A DNA stretch of 64,000 nt from Patescibacteria group bacterium (lineage in GTDB: Bacteria; Patescibacteriota; Minisyncoccia; Ryanbacterales; GWA2-47-10b): the NCBI GenBank assembly GCA_038064855.1, contig JBBTSE010000007.1, positions 87,699 to 151,698 on the forward strand. The letters are read 5' to 3'. The notes below the pieces were generated by a model that was given only the letters and a program-made list of their open reading frames with translations, searched no databases and had not been told where the DNA came from. Positions 1 through 9,731 of the stretch are shown here, piece after piece. How positions within the stretch are numbered: position 1 is the first letter of the stretch; each line of letters begins with the position of its first letter. Position numbers and translations under genes: made by a program.

Positions 1-7
1 GAGTCCC

Positions 8-712
8 GTGTTGTTTTCTACATATAATGCAGGTGGTGCCAGTAACAAAATTAAGATGAATGGTCCGCACATATATCTTGCAACAGGGAATAATACTCAA
101 GAACTCCAGGTTGTAAATCCACTTGTTCCACTACGCATTTTAGATATTAACAATGATGGCATTATACGCATAGGATGTTTAGGTGACTCAAATACATTCA
201 ATTGGAGCAGGGCAAGATGGTGTGATTTTCTTGTTCAACAAATAGCCGTACAAACACCTGTGGGGAACAATAGCCCCGCATTTACGGGAGCTACTGTTAC
301 GCATAATCCAAAAGGGGGGCTCTGGGATGCATATGGACAAATGCCTATGGTATTGGCTGCCGGAGTTGATGTGATTATCTTACCCTTCGGCACTAACGAT
401 ATTAATTTGTTCCACCGAACTCCAGAGGAAATTGTTGCCGCATATTCTGAGAATAAAGCAACCGCAGAGGCGGCTGGATTCCCGGTATTTATCGCACTTA
501 CTCCGCCTTTGCAGGATGGAATTTTAGGGATTCCTCAGCCAGAGCGAGAGGCAACCAATAATCTTATCAAGCAAACATTTCCTTCTGAGTATATTATTGA
601 TTTTTCTTCCACTATGATCCCCGAAGATTACGGAGATTTGGTGCACATGAATAATTACGGTCAATTTGAGCGTGCCCGCAAGGCATACGAAAGATTCCTG
701 TACTCAGATTAG
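8..712 (+). CDS. SGNH/GDSL hydrolase domain protein, 5'-partial (frame open to window edge), preceded by an LVIVD-like propeller repeat remnant
   Basis: Block I GDSNT, block III GTND, block V DLVH; N-terminal HIYLATGNNTQELQVVN resembles LVIVD repeats. Confidence 0.75.
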   Translation: MLFSTYNAGGASNKIKMNGPHIYLATGNNTQELQVVNPLVPLRILDINNDGIIRIGCLGDSNTFNWSRARWCDFLVQQIAVQTPVGNNSPAFTGATVTHNPKGGLWDAYGQMPMVLAAGVDVIILPFGTNDINLFHRTPEEIVAAYSENKATAEAAGFPVFIALTPPLQDGILGIPQPEREATNNLIKQTFPSEYIIDFSSTMIPEDYGDLVHMNNYGQFERARKAYERFLYSD

Positions 713-726
713 ATAACTATCTACGA

Positions 727-2010
727 GTGAAATATTTCTTTGTCGGCATCAAAGGCGTTGGCGTTGTGGGCATTGCCACGCTCTATAAAGAATGGGGGCA
801 TGAGGTTCTTGGCTCTGACACCGAGGAGGTATTTTTTACTGCCGAGATTTTGAAAAATCTCGGCATTTCGGTTGTTTCGTTTGATGTCTCTCATATAACC
901 GTTGATATATCGAAGGTTATTTACTCAAGCGCATACGGGGTGGATCATCCACAAGTGGCACGCGCCCGTGAACTTGGTATTCCCGTCGCCTCATATTCAG
1001 AGGCGCTTGCAGAACTTTTTAATACAAAAAAGGGGGTTGTAGTAACGGGAACGCATGGCAAGACGACAACGAGCGCGATGCTCGCGCGCGTTCTTGAAGA
1101 CGCGAGTTTTGACCCTACTGCCGTTATCGGCGGCGAGCTGGTCGAGTGGGGGCGCACGGTGCGTACGGGTTCTAGCGAGTGGATGGTGGTGGAGGGCGAT
1201 GAATATCAAGCAAAAATTTTAGCGCTCAAACCATATGCGGCACTGATTACCAATATCGAATACGATCATCCCGATTTCTATAAAAACGAAGAAGAATATA
1301 GGGCAGTATTTAGGCAGCTCGTGGCTTCAATGCCGCCCGAAGGTATTGTGGTAGCACACCAGAGTACCAAAGATCTTATTGAGGCATCCGGCACGAAAGC
1401 GCGTACGATATTTTTTAGCGAACTTGATCAATCAATCAATTTGACGCTTTGGGGCAAGCACAACCGTGAAAATGCTGCGGGCGTGTTGGCGCTTGCTGAT
1501 GCGTTGGGCGTCGAGCACGCGATCGCCACGAAGGCGCTAGCAGGTTTTCGCGGCACCAAACGCCGTATGGAACTCTATACTGATGCCGACGCACCGGTAG
1601 TCGTGCTCGATGACTATGCGCACCATCCGACCGAGATTCGCGCGACACTCTCTGCGTTGCGCAACCACTATGGCAATCGGCACATCATCGCTCTTTTTCA
1701 GCCACATACCTATTCACGCACCAAGACATTTCTTGCCGATTTCGCGACAGCGTTTGGTGATAGTGATGAGGTCGCGATTCTCGATGTCTATAGCTCCGCG
1801 CGCGAACAGGCAGGTGAGGTGACAGGGAAAAATCTTTTTGAAGAAGTAGCTAGGCACCATGCGCATGTGTCGTTTGCCTCTACTGTTGATGATGCGTTGG
1901 CATTTGTACGCGACAAGGCAAAGCAAGACTGCGTGGTAGTCACCATGGGTGCTGGCGACATATGGCGTGTAGCGGAGGCACTTTCTCGCGATCTACAGCA
2001 GGGGAATTGA
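727..2010 (+). CDS. murC: UDP-N-acetylmuramate--L-alanine ligase
   Basis: GIKGVGV Rossmann motif, GTHGKTTT P-loop, NIEYDHPD, DDYAHHPTEI, FQPHTYSRT. Confidence 0.95.
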   Translation: MKYFFVGIKGVGVVGIATLYKEWGHEVLGSDTEEVFFTAEILKNLGISVVSFDVSHITVDISKVIYSSAYGVDHPQVARARELGIPVASYSEALAELFNTKKGVVVTGTHGKTTTSAMLARVLEDASFDPTAVIGGELVEWGRTVRTGSSEWMVVEGDEYQAKILALKPYAALITNIEYDHPDFYKNEEEYRAVFRQLVASMPPEGIVVAHQSTKDLIEASGTKARTIFFSELDQSINLTLWGKHNRENAAGVLALADALGVEHAIATKALAGFRGTKRRMELYTDADAPVVVLDDYAHHPTEIRATLSALRNHYGNRHIIALFQPHTYSRTKTFLADFATAFGDSDEVAILDVYSSAREQAGEVTGKNLFEEVARHHAHVSFASTVDDALAFVRDKAKQDCVVVTMGAGDIWRVAEALSRDLQQGN

Positions 2011-2913
2011 AAAGAGTGTTCCTTCCGAGAGTATAAAGAGTAGCTCGTTTTCGGGTGATACGAGAATATGAGGTTTTTTGCCACGAAAAATAGTAAATAT
2101 ATTGTGCCGGTCGCGCCCGTCAAGCTCGATAATATCTACGGTAGTGTCTGTAGCAACGACCAAAGCTTCTCGGTTAGGATAGAAAGCAATATTTCGTATC
2201 GTTTCCGCAAGAGTGATGAGCTTCGATTCATCGCGATCGGCATAGGTTGGTAGATACGCTTCGCCATCAAGCCATTTGATCCAGATGCTATGGTCGTCCC
2301 ACCAGACGATGCGTGACGGCTCGTAAGCAAAGGTTTTTATTTTTTTTGATGCGACAAAATCGCGAGCCGTTTTTGTATAGGTAGTGGTTGCCGTACTTAC
2401 TGCGTTTGCTGGTGGGAGCTTGGTGGTCGTCTGGGTATCGAGTGAAAAGAGATCAAAAGCGCGGCGCGGCTTCGTAAGGATCAGCGCTTGTTCATCGTCA
2501 TTGAGGAATTGTATGGAAATATATTCTCCGTGTGTGAGTTTTTGTGGTTTTTCAGTTGATACAAGTAAAGCTTCCGCGCGCACAACCTGGGCAGGATAGA
2601 CACGCAATGTTTTTTCCCATGTATGATAGCCATCTTTTTCAAGACGCACGCGGTATTTGCGCGGTGTGAGGCCCTGCAAAAAGAGCTCGCGCGAGAAAAT
2701 ATTTGTCTCCCGCTCGAGTGTGTTGTCGACAAAAATACGCACGCCGGTAGTGGGTGTAGGTGCTAGAGACAAGCCGCCCGCACGCACAATGCGCCATTTG
2801 ACAGACTCACGATCAAGTCGATATCCAAACGAATAGAAGATAAGAGGTATTCCCGAGAGCAAGAAGAGGCTCGTCAGCGTCCAAAAGAGGATTCTCCGGC
2901 GGTGCTTAGTCAT
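1993..2913 (-). CDS. PEGA-domain membrane-anchored protein
   Basis: N-terminal TM helix followed by GYRLD; LTPRKYRVRLEKDGYHTWEK is PEGA-like. Confidence 0.65.
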   Translation of the reverse strand: MTKHRRRILFWTLTSLFLLSGIPLIFYSFGYRLDRESVKWRIVRAGGLSLAPTPTTGVRIFVDNTLERETNIFSRELFLQGLTPRKYRVRLEKDGYHTWEKTLRVYPAQVVRAEALLVSTEKPQKLTHGEYISIQFLNDDEQALILTKPRRAFDLFSLDTQTTTKLPPANAVSTATTTYTKTARDFVASKKIKTFAYEPSRIVWWDDHSIWIKWLDGEAYLPTYADRDESKLITLAETIRNIAFYPNREALVVATDTTVDIIELDGRDRHNIFTIFRGKKPHILVSPENELLFILSEGTLFSIPLL

Positions 2914-2972
2914 TACTATTGACTATAGGAATTCTTGCTCACAAGCGCAAGAACCCGTATGATGGGGCAACT

Positions 2973-4253
2973 ATGACAAAAGCTACTTTTCACATTTCTG
3001 GCTCATCAAAACCTTTGCGCGGTAGCATTGATGTGCGTGGCGCTAAAAACGATATTTTAAAAGGGCTCGCTGCAGTGTTACTCACAAAGGGCGATATCGC
3101 ATATAAAAATATGCCTCAAATAGAAGATGTTGATCGTACGCTCGAATTGCTTGCTGCGCTCGGTGTGCGAATGACTGGCAAAACCGCTCGCGCATGCATG
3201 CTCAACGCTTCACATATCAAAGGGCATATATTGCGTCGCGATATTGCTGAGCAAATTCGCGCATCCATTGTACTTGCGGGTCCGCTACTCGCGCGCCAAG
3301 GCAAGGTACGATTTCCATTTCCTGGCGGCTGTGTTCTTGGCAAACGACCCATTGATCTTTTTGTGCGGGGTTGGCAGGCGATGGGCGCGCGTGTACGCGT
3401 GGTCGATGATGAGTATGAGTTTTCCGCAAGCCGATTACACGGTGCGGATATTACTTTTTATAAAGTAAGCGTGACGGGTACTGAGGCAATGATGCTCTCA
3501 GCAGTACTCGCACATGGTACTACGACGCTTCGCAACGCCGCGCTCGAACCTGAGATCCCGCATCTGGCTGATTTTCTTAACTCGCTTGGCGCGCATATTA
3601 GTGGCGCTGGTACATCAACTATTGTCATTGAGGGTACGGGTGGGAGTGTACTCGAAGGCCCTGGTGAATTTGTGACATTACCCGACAGAATCGAAGCGGG
3701 AAGTTTTGCGGCACTTGCTGCGGCACGCGGTGGCAAGGTGAAAATTACTTCATGCAATCCCGAACATTTGGCGGTACCGATAGAGATTTTGCGTGAGATG
3801 GGTGTGCGCGTGACTGTTGGCAAAGATTTTATGCTTATCGAGCGTACGGGTAAGATAAAGCCTATCGATATGATTAAGACGCGTGAATATCCTGGATTCC
3901 CTACCGATCTACAAGCGCCATTTACGGTATTGCTTACGCGTGCTCAGGGCGCGAGCCTTGTGTTTGAAACAATCTTCGAAGGAAGGCTCGCGTATGTTGA
4001 CGATTTAAATCGCATGGGGGCTTATATCACTCCTTGCGATCCCCATCGCGTGTTGGTCAACGGTCCTACCGAACTTCGCGGAAGACGCGTGGAAAGCCCC
4101 GATATCCGCGCTGGTCTTGCATTCGTCATCGCGGCTGCTATTGCCAAGGGACCCTCGGTGCTCGAAGGTATTTATAAAATTGATAGGGGATATGAAAAAA
4201 TAGAGGCGCGTTTGCGCCGTATCGGGGTTGATATAGAGCGCAAAAAATCATAG
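2973..4253 (+). CDS. murA: UDP-N-acetylglucosamine 1-carboxyvinyltransferase
   Basis: GAKN, RASI, PGGCVLGKRPID catalytic Cys loop, PGFPTDLQA, IDRGYE; ATG 2973 preferred start. Confidence 0.95.
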   Translation: MTKATFHISGSSKPLRGSIDVRGAKNDILKGLAAVLLTKGDIAYKNMPQIEDVDRTLELLAALGVRMTGKTARACMLNASHIKGHILRRDIAEQIRASIVLAGPLLARQGKVRFPFPGGCVLGKRPIDLFVRGWQAMGARVRVVDDEYEFSASRLHGADITFYKVSVTGTEAMMLSAVLAHGTTTLRNAALEPEIPHLADFLNSLGAHISGAGTSTIVIEGTGGSVLEGPGEFVTLPDRIEAGSFAALAAARGGKVKITSCNPEHLAVPIEILREMGVRVTVGKDFMLIERTGKIKPIDMIKTREYPGFPTDLQAPFTVLLTRAQGASLVFETIFEGRLAYVDDLNRMGAYITPCDPHRVLVNGPTELRGRRVESPDIRAGLAFVIAAAIAKGPSVLEGIYKIDRGYEKIEARLRRIGVDIERKKS

Positions 4254-4266
4254 GGTAAGAACACGA

Positions 4267-5280
4267 ATGGGCTTTTTTACTAAACAACTGGGTATCGATC
4301 TCGGCACGGCAAACACACTGGTGTTTATACCGCGCAAAGGTGTCGTTCTCAACGAGCCATCAGTCGTTGCTATTTCCGTTTTAAACCATAGGGTGCTTGC
4401 GGTAGGTGATGAGGCAAAAGAAATGATTGGCCGTACACCCGAAAGTATCATTGCATATCGGCCACTTCGTGATGGCGTGATTGCTGATTATCGCGTAACC
4501 GAAGCGATGCTGCGCTATTTTATAAACAAGGCGCTCTCAAGTCCGCGTATTTTTAAACCCGAGGTGATGGTATCAGCACCCGCGGGCGTGACATCGACCG
4601 AGCGGCGAGCGGTGGTAGAGGCGGCTCTCAAAGCAGGCGCAAAAAACGCTTATGTGGTCAAGGAACCTATCTTGGCTGCTATTGGTGCAGGTATTCCTAT
4701 CCAAGAAGCGCGTGGCCATATGGTGGTAGACATTGGCGGTGGTACTACTGATGCCGCAGTCATTTCTTTGGGTGGTATCGTCGCCTCGACCTCGGCAAAA
4801 GTTGCGGGCAATAAAGTTGATCAGGCAATCACTGACTATATCAAAGAACGGTTTAACCTCGCGATTGGCGACCGTACCGCGGAAGATCTCAAAATTAGTA
4901 TTGGTTCGGCAGTACCGCTCAAAGAAGAGCTTGTCACTATCGTAAAGGGTCGCGACTATTTGACGGGTCTTCCACGGAGCGCTGAGATTAAGACCAATGA
5001 AATCGTAGAAGCCATCAAAGAGCCAATGGCCGAGATCATGAAGGCGATTAAACTTGTGTTGCAAGATACTCCTCCAGAACTTGCCGCAGATATAACGACT
5101 ACTGGCATCATGTTGACTGGTGGCGGGGCACTCTTACGCAATATTGATGAGCTGGTATATCGCTCGACCGGTGTGCCCGCACACATCGCCGAAGACCCAC
5201 TGTTATGTGTTGCGCGCGGCACGGGCAAGGCACTCGAACACCTCGAAACTTATAAAAAGAGTATTATGACCAAGCGCTAG
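4267..5280 (+). CDS. mreB: Rod shape-determining actin-like protein (MreB/Mbl-like paralog)
   Basis: IDLGTANT, DIGGGTTD, LTGGGALL. Confidence 0.93.
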   Translation: MGFFTKQLGIDLGTANTLVFIPRKGVVLNEPSVVAISVLNHRVLAVGDEAKEMIGRTPESIIAYRPLRDGVIADYRVTEAMLRYFINKALSSPRIFKPEVMVSAPAGVTSTERRAVVEAALKAGAKNAYVVKEPILAAIGAGIPIQEARGHMVVDIGGGTTDAAVISLGGIVASTSAKVAGNKVDQAITDYIKERFNLAIGDRTAEDLKISIGSAVPLKEELVTIVKGRDYLTGLPRSAEIKTNEIVEAIKEPMAEIMKAIKLVLQDTPPELAADITTTGIMLTGGGALLRNIDELVYRSTGVPAHIAEDPLLCVARGTGKALEHLETYKKSIMTKR

Positions 5281-5281
5281 C

Positions 5282-5809
5282 ATGGCGCGCTCTCACGCAT
5301 ATTTTTTCTACGGCAGTGATACTCTAGCGCGTGACGCGGCACTCGTGGCCGCGCTTGACGAACTGGAGCCGCGTTTTCGTTTTCGCTTTGGTGAAGAAAA
5401 AGCCCTTGGTATCGATGACGCGCACGAAATCGCACGCAAGGCAACGCTCTCGGTAGGGGGCGATACACAAGCATTTGTGATACTGCAGGCAGATATGATG
5501 ACACACGAGGCCACGCAAGCCATGCTCAAGATACTTGAGGAGCCGCCGGCGGGTTCCGTGTTTTTTCTTGTTTCTGATTCTACGGATATTCCCGCTACTC
5601 TTCTGTCGCGTCTTACCACGCAATCTTTTTTGGGGCAGGGTGTATCGGGGGCACTCGCGCGCTTTGAAGACACGATACGCAAGACTGGCAAGGTGTCGCG
5701 CGCCAAGGCAGATAGTCTGCGTCGCCAGGGGCGTGTGGATATACTCCGTACCAACGCGCGCATAAGTGCACAATCTTTGGTAGAATATGAAGAGATATGC
5801 CGCGAATAG
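5282..5809 (+). CDS. Short DNA polymerase III delta'-like (HolB-like) protein
   Basis: ADMMTHEATQAMLKILEEPP and IPATLLSR match clamp-loader delta' motifs; Walker A degenerate, C-terminal collar missing. Confidence 0.7.
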   Translation: MARSHAYFFYGSDTLARDAALVAALDELEPRFRFRFGEEKALGIDDAHEIARKATLSVGGDTQAFVILQADMMTHEATQAMLKILEEPPAGSVFFLVSDSTDIPATLLSRLTTQSFLGQGVSGALARFEDTIRKTGKVSRAKADSLRRQGRVDILRTNARISAQSLVEYEEICRE

Positions 5810-6873
5810 TTATTGTATTTCTTATCATTATCGGTGTGGCGTTGGCGGGCACTTTGGTGACCTTTATTGTATTGCGTAACCAGCCAGCCACACCAACGCC
5901 CGTAAAAGAAACATCCGTCGTCAAAGACGCTCACCTTTTTTTCTCTGATGACGGCGGTGCAGCATGGAAGGGTGTCGCAGGTTTGGGTCAGGGAGTTCCT
6001 CGAGTTCTCGCCTTTAAGTCCGGTGGATCGGGGCAGCTCTATATTGGCACTGAACGAGGAGGTCTCTTTATTGTACGCGCGGGATCAGATAGCGCAGAAC
6101 ATGTGCGTGATCCCAAGGGCGTTCTTGCCGATGACGCGCGTATCACTGCACTCGCCCAAAATGCTAGCGGCACGCAACTTTTTATTGGTGCTACGCAAAA
6201 TAATCGCGCGCGTGTGATACGACTTACCGAAGAGACGGCGCAAGAAATTTTTACGGCCGCGCTCGACCGTTTTGATGTGATAGGACTTGCGGTAGATCAA
6301 GGGGATGCCGCGCATATCACTATTGCGGTTGCCGATGGTACGATTTTTGAAACGCGCGACGGAGGCAAGTCGCGTTCATGGGAGCCCATCTCACGCATCG
6401 GTACGGGCATCGCGCGTTTTTGGGATGATGGTGAGCCTGATGGTATTGTGTGGGCGCTTGATAGTAAGGGGTCCTTGTTTCAATCCGATAGTCGTGGAAG
6501 ACTATGGAAGGAATTACCCCGTGTCGCGTTTGATGGGGTCAAGGTTTCAAAAATATATCAGCTTCTCTTCCACCCCATGCGTCGAGCACTTTTTGCCGCT
6601 ACCAATTATGGTTTAGGTGAGTCGCGCGACGAGGGCTTCTCGTGGGTCTCCATCCGTATGCCCATACCTGCGGGTGCAGTACCCATCACGACTATTGTTA
6701 CGCATCCTCATTTCGCCGAAGTCTTTTGGACGACATCGGGCAATCAAATATATCGTACTGACGATAGTGGCATCACCTGGCGCCAAACCGCATTGCCTGA
6801 GAAAAAAGATATTATCATACTCGCACTCGACCCTAATCAACCAAAACATTTATATGCAGGAACTGCTCAATAA
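5797..6873 (+). CDS. Membrane-anchored BNR/Asp-box beta-propeller protein
   Basis: N-terminal TM; repeated Asp-boxes SDDGGAAW, TRDGG, SDSRGRLW, SRDEGFSW, TDDSGITW. Confidence 0.8.
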   Translation: MPRIVIVFLIIIGVALAGTLVTFIVLRNQPATPTPVKETSVVKDAHLFFSDDGGAAWKGVAGLGQGVPRVLAFKSGGSGQLYIGTERGGLFIVRAGSDSAEHVRDPKGVLADDARITALAQNASGTQLFIGATQNNRARVIRLTEETAQEIFTAALDRFDVIGLAVDQGDAAHITIAVADGTIFETRDGGKSRSWEPISRIGTGIARFWDDGEPDGIVWALDSKGSLFQSDSRGRLWKELPRVAFDGVKVSKIYQLLFHPMRRALFAATNYGLGESRDEGFSWVSIRMPIPAGAVPITTIVTHPHFAEVFWTTSGNQIYRTDDSGITWRQTALPEKKDIIILALDPNQPKHLYAGTAQ

Positions 6874-7405
6874 TACAAAAAAAGAACTCGAATCAACACT
6901 CGCGCGCCTCAATGCTGATATTTCAGTGATTCATTCGGCACGCGCTACCCCAGCGCTTGTTGAAAATATTTTAGTGCCTGCCTATGGCAACAAGATGCCG
7001 CTTCGCGAGCTTGCCTCGTTGTCGGTGCCTGATGCGCGCACCATTATCGTACAGCCATGGGATGTATCAGTATTGTCCGAGATTCAAAATGCTTTTGCCT
7101 CGTCAAATTTTGGTTTCGGCGTGACGGTCGAAGAGAAGTTTATCCGTCTTACATTGCCACAGCTTTCCGAGGAGCGTAGAGGTGAGATTTTAAAAATACT
7201 CGGGCGCAAGGTGGAGGACATACGCATTAGTGTGCGTAGGATACGCGATCATGCGATGAAATCAGTCGAAGATATGGAGCGAAGTAAAACTATTTCTGAA
7301 GATATGAAATTTCGCACTAGAGAAAGCGTACAAAAACTCGTCGATGAGTTTAATAAAAAAATTCTTGCCGCAGAAGAAAAAAAGGCAAAGGAGATTGAAG
7401 GTTAG
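6854..7405 (+). CDS. frr: Ribosome recycling factor
   Basis: RATPALVE, IIVQPWD, LPQLSEERR, IRISVRRIR; start at ATG 6854. Confidence 0.93.
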   Translation: MQELLNNTKKELESTLARLNADISVIHSARATPALVENILVPAYGNKMPLRELASLSVPDARTIIVQPWDVSVLSEIQNAFASSNFGFGVTVEEKFIRLTLPQLSEERRGEILKILGRKVEDIRISVRRIRDHAMKSVEDMERSKTISEDMKFRTRESVQKLVDEFNKKILAAEEKKAKEIEG

Positions 7406-7407
7406 AT

Positions 7408-8457
7408 ATGGGCATCATCGAAGGAGCTCTGATTTTTATCGTTGTCGTACTACTGCTGGTAGTATCACACGAGCTTGGGCATTTTTTGACGGCCAAATGG
7501 TTTGGTATACGCGTTGATGAGTTTGGCGTGGGTCTCCCTCCGCGCATGTTTGGTATCAAGAGAGGCGAGACGCTCTACTCAATCAATTGGTTGCCGTTTG
7601 GCGGGTTTGTGCGCATTTTTGGTGAAGACGAGGACAAGGACGATCCGCGCAGTTTTTCGTCACGCGGTATCGGTGTAAAGTCGCTTATTGTAGCCGCGGG
7701 CGTTATCGCTAATGTTGTCGTCGGGTTTTTGATTTTATCGTATATCTCGTGGTACGGCGTACCGCGCTTTGAGGTTGCTATCGAAGAAGTTATGCCAGAT
7801 ACACCCGCCCAACTCGCAGGTTTTCTTCCCGGAGATCGTATCGTAGGGTTTGAGGGTAATCGTCTTGAGAGCGTCAATGTCGCTGAGGTCCATATGTATA
7901 TCGATAGCAAGCGAGGCCGTCAAGCTGAATTTTTGGTAATGCGTGGGTCTAGTGAGCTCCGTGTGTTCGCGGGTCCCCGCATAACCCCGCCCGAAGGCCA
8001 AGGCGCGCTCGGCGTGCGCATCAACAATATCCAAACTGATATTATTCGCAAATCGGTTTTAGAGGCACCGTTCGCCGGCGCGAAAATGACGGGCAATTTC
8101 TTGAAACTTATCGCAGAGGGTATGGTCGCGTTTTTCGGTAGTCTGTTTACCGGCGCCGAAGTACCGGGTGAGGTGGTAGGACCGATAGGTATCGCGGGTG
8201 TCGCACAGGAAACCTTTCGTATCGGTGTTCGTGAGTTCCTGTTTCTTATTGCATTGTTGTCATTACACTTGGCTGTCATCAATATCTTACCGATTCCAGC
8301 GCTCGATGGCGGGCGCATCGCATTCTTTGTAGTTGAGAAAATCATTCGCCGACCCATCCCGCCGCGCGTTGCGGGGTATATCCATTCGTTTTTCTTCTTG
8401 ATCCTTATTGGGTTTCTTCTCTGGGTAAGCTGGCAGGATATCGCTCGGCTGATATAA
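7408..8457 (+). CDS. rseP: RIP site-2 metalloprotease (M50) with PDZ domain
   Basis: HELGH, NILPIPALDGG, LPFGGFV, PDZ-like GFLPGDRI. Confidence 0.9.
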   Translation: MGIIEGALIFIVVVLLLVVSHELGHFLTAKWFGIRVDEFGVGLPPRMFGIKRGETLYSINWLPFGGFVRIFGEDEDKDDPRSFSSRGIGVKSLIVAAGVIANVVVGFLILSYISWYGVPRFEVAIEEVMPDTPAQLAGFLPGDRIVGFEGNRLESVNVAEVHMYIDSKRGRQAEFLVMRGSSELRVFAGPRITPPEGQGALGVRINNIQTDIIRKSVLEAPFAGAKMTGNFLKLIAEGMVAFFGSLFTGAEVPGEVVGPIGIAGVAQETFRIGVREFLFLIALLSLHLAVINILPIPALDGGRIAFFVVEKIIRRPIPPRVAGYIHSFFFLILIGFLLWVSWQDIARLI

Positions 8458-8504
8458 GTTATTCAGGTATTTTCAATTTGGGGGGTGGGTGCTACTATAC
8501 CCCC

Positions 8505-9731
8505 ATGCTGCAGTCACATTTGTTTGCAAAAACGCTTCGAGAAGCACCAAAAGATGATGTAAGTGTCAATGCCGAACTTTTGATTCGAGGTGGATTTGTC
8601 GATAAATTGGTTGCCGGTGTTTGGACTTTTTTGCCGCTGGGTTGGCGCGTTCTTGAAAATATCAATACCATCATTCGCGAAGAGATGAACGCTATTGGTG
8701 GGGTAGAGCTTCATATGCCGACCTTGCAACCGCGTGATTTGTGGGAAACCACTGATCGTTGGAAGGTTGAAGAAATGTACAAACTACAAGACCGAAGCGG
8801 ACGCAACATGGGTCTCGGTTGGACGCACGAGGAAGCGGTGACAAAAATCGCACTTTCACATATCAGTTCGTATCGTGATCTTCCGCAGTATGTCTATCAG
8901 ATACAGACAAAGTTTCGTGATGAGCCACGCGCCAAATCAGGCGTCATCCGTGGACGCGAATTTTTGATGAAAGATTTATATAGTTTTAGTAAGACGCGTG
9001 AAGAGCTCGATGCGTTTTATGAGATTACAAAAGGCGCGTATTATAAAATATTTGAACGCGTGGGGCTTACTGCCTACTGTGTAGAGGCGTCAGGTGGTGC
9101 GTTTACCAAAGAATATTCCCATGAGTTTCAGGTGGTATCCGAGGCAGGTGAGGATGAAATTATTTATTGCAAAGAATGCGCCTTTGCCCGCAACAAAGAG
9201 GTGATTGGTGATGTGACCGCATGTCCAAATTGTAAAAAACCGCTTTCGTCAAATAAAAGCATCGAGGTAGGCAATATCTTTAAGCTCGGTACCAAGTTTT
9301 CCGAGGCATTTGGCCTTTCGTTTACCGACGAAAAAGGTGAGAAAAAGCCCGTGGTGATGGGGTCGTATGGCATTGGCCCTGGCCGGCTTGTAGGTACCAT
9401 CGTAGAGGTTTCTCACGATGATCGCGGTATTATTTGGCCTGAATCGGTAGCGCCATTTCGCGTGCATGTACTTGCCCTGTCACCATCAGTAAGGGAAGAG
9501 GCGCAAAAAGCGATCTTTGATCTTGAACAAAAAAGCGTTGAGGTTCTCTTTGACGATCGCGAAGGCAAGACGCCGGGCGAGCGATTTTCCGATGCGGATC
9601 TCATCGGTATTCCGTGGCGCGTGGTGATTTCTGAGAAAACGGTTAAGGAGGGCAAGATCGAGGTAAAAAAACGAACAGAGTCCGATGCAACATTAATGGA
9701 TACCGCATCGTTTATAAAGTTAGTATGCTAG
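8505..9731 (+). CDS. proS: Proline--tRNA ligase (short form without INS editing domain)
   Basis: THEE, QIQTKFRDEPR, REFLMKDLYSF, MGSYGIG, anticodon domain DADLIGIP. Confidence 0.93.
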   Translation: MLQSHLFAKTLREAPKDDVSVNAELLIRGGFVDKLVAGVWTFLPLGWRVLENINTIIREEMNAIGGVELHMPTLQPRDLWETTDRWKVEEMYKLQDRSGRNMGLGWTHEEAVTKIALSHISSYRDLPQYVYQIQTKFRDEPRAKSGVIRGREFLMKDLYSFSKTREELDAFYEITKGAYYKIFERVGLTAYCVEASGGAFTKEYSHEFQVVSEAGEDEIIYCKECAFARNKEVIGDVTACPNCKKPLSSNKSIEVGNIFKLGTKFSEAFGLSFTDEKGEKKPVVMGSYGIGPGRLVGTIVEVSHDDRGIIWPESVAPFRVHVLALSPSVREEAQKAIFDLEQKSVEVLFDDREGKTPGERFSDADLIGIPWRVVISEKTVKEGKIEVKKRTESDATLMDTASFIKLVC

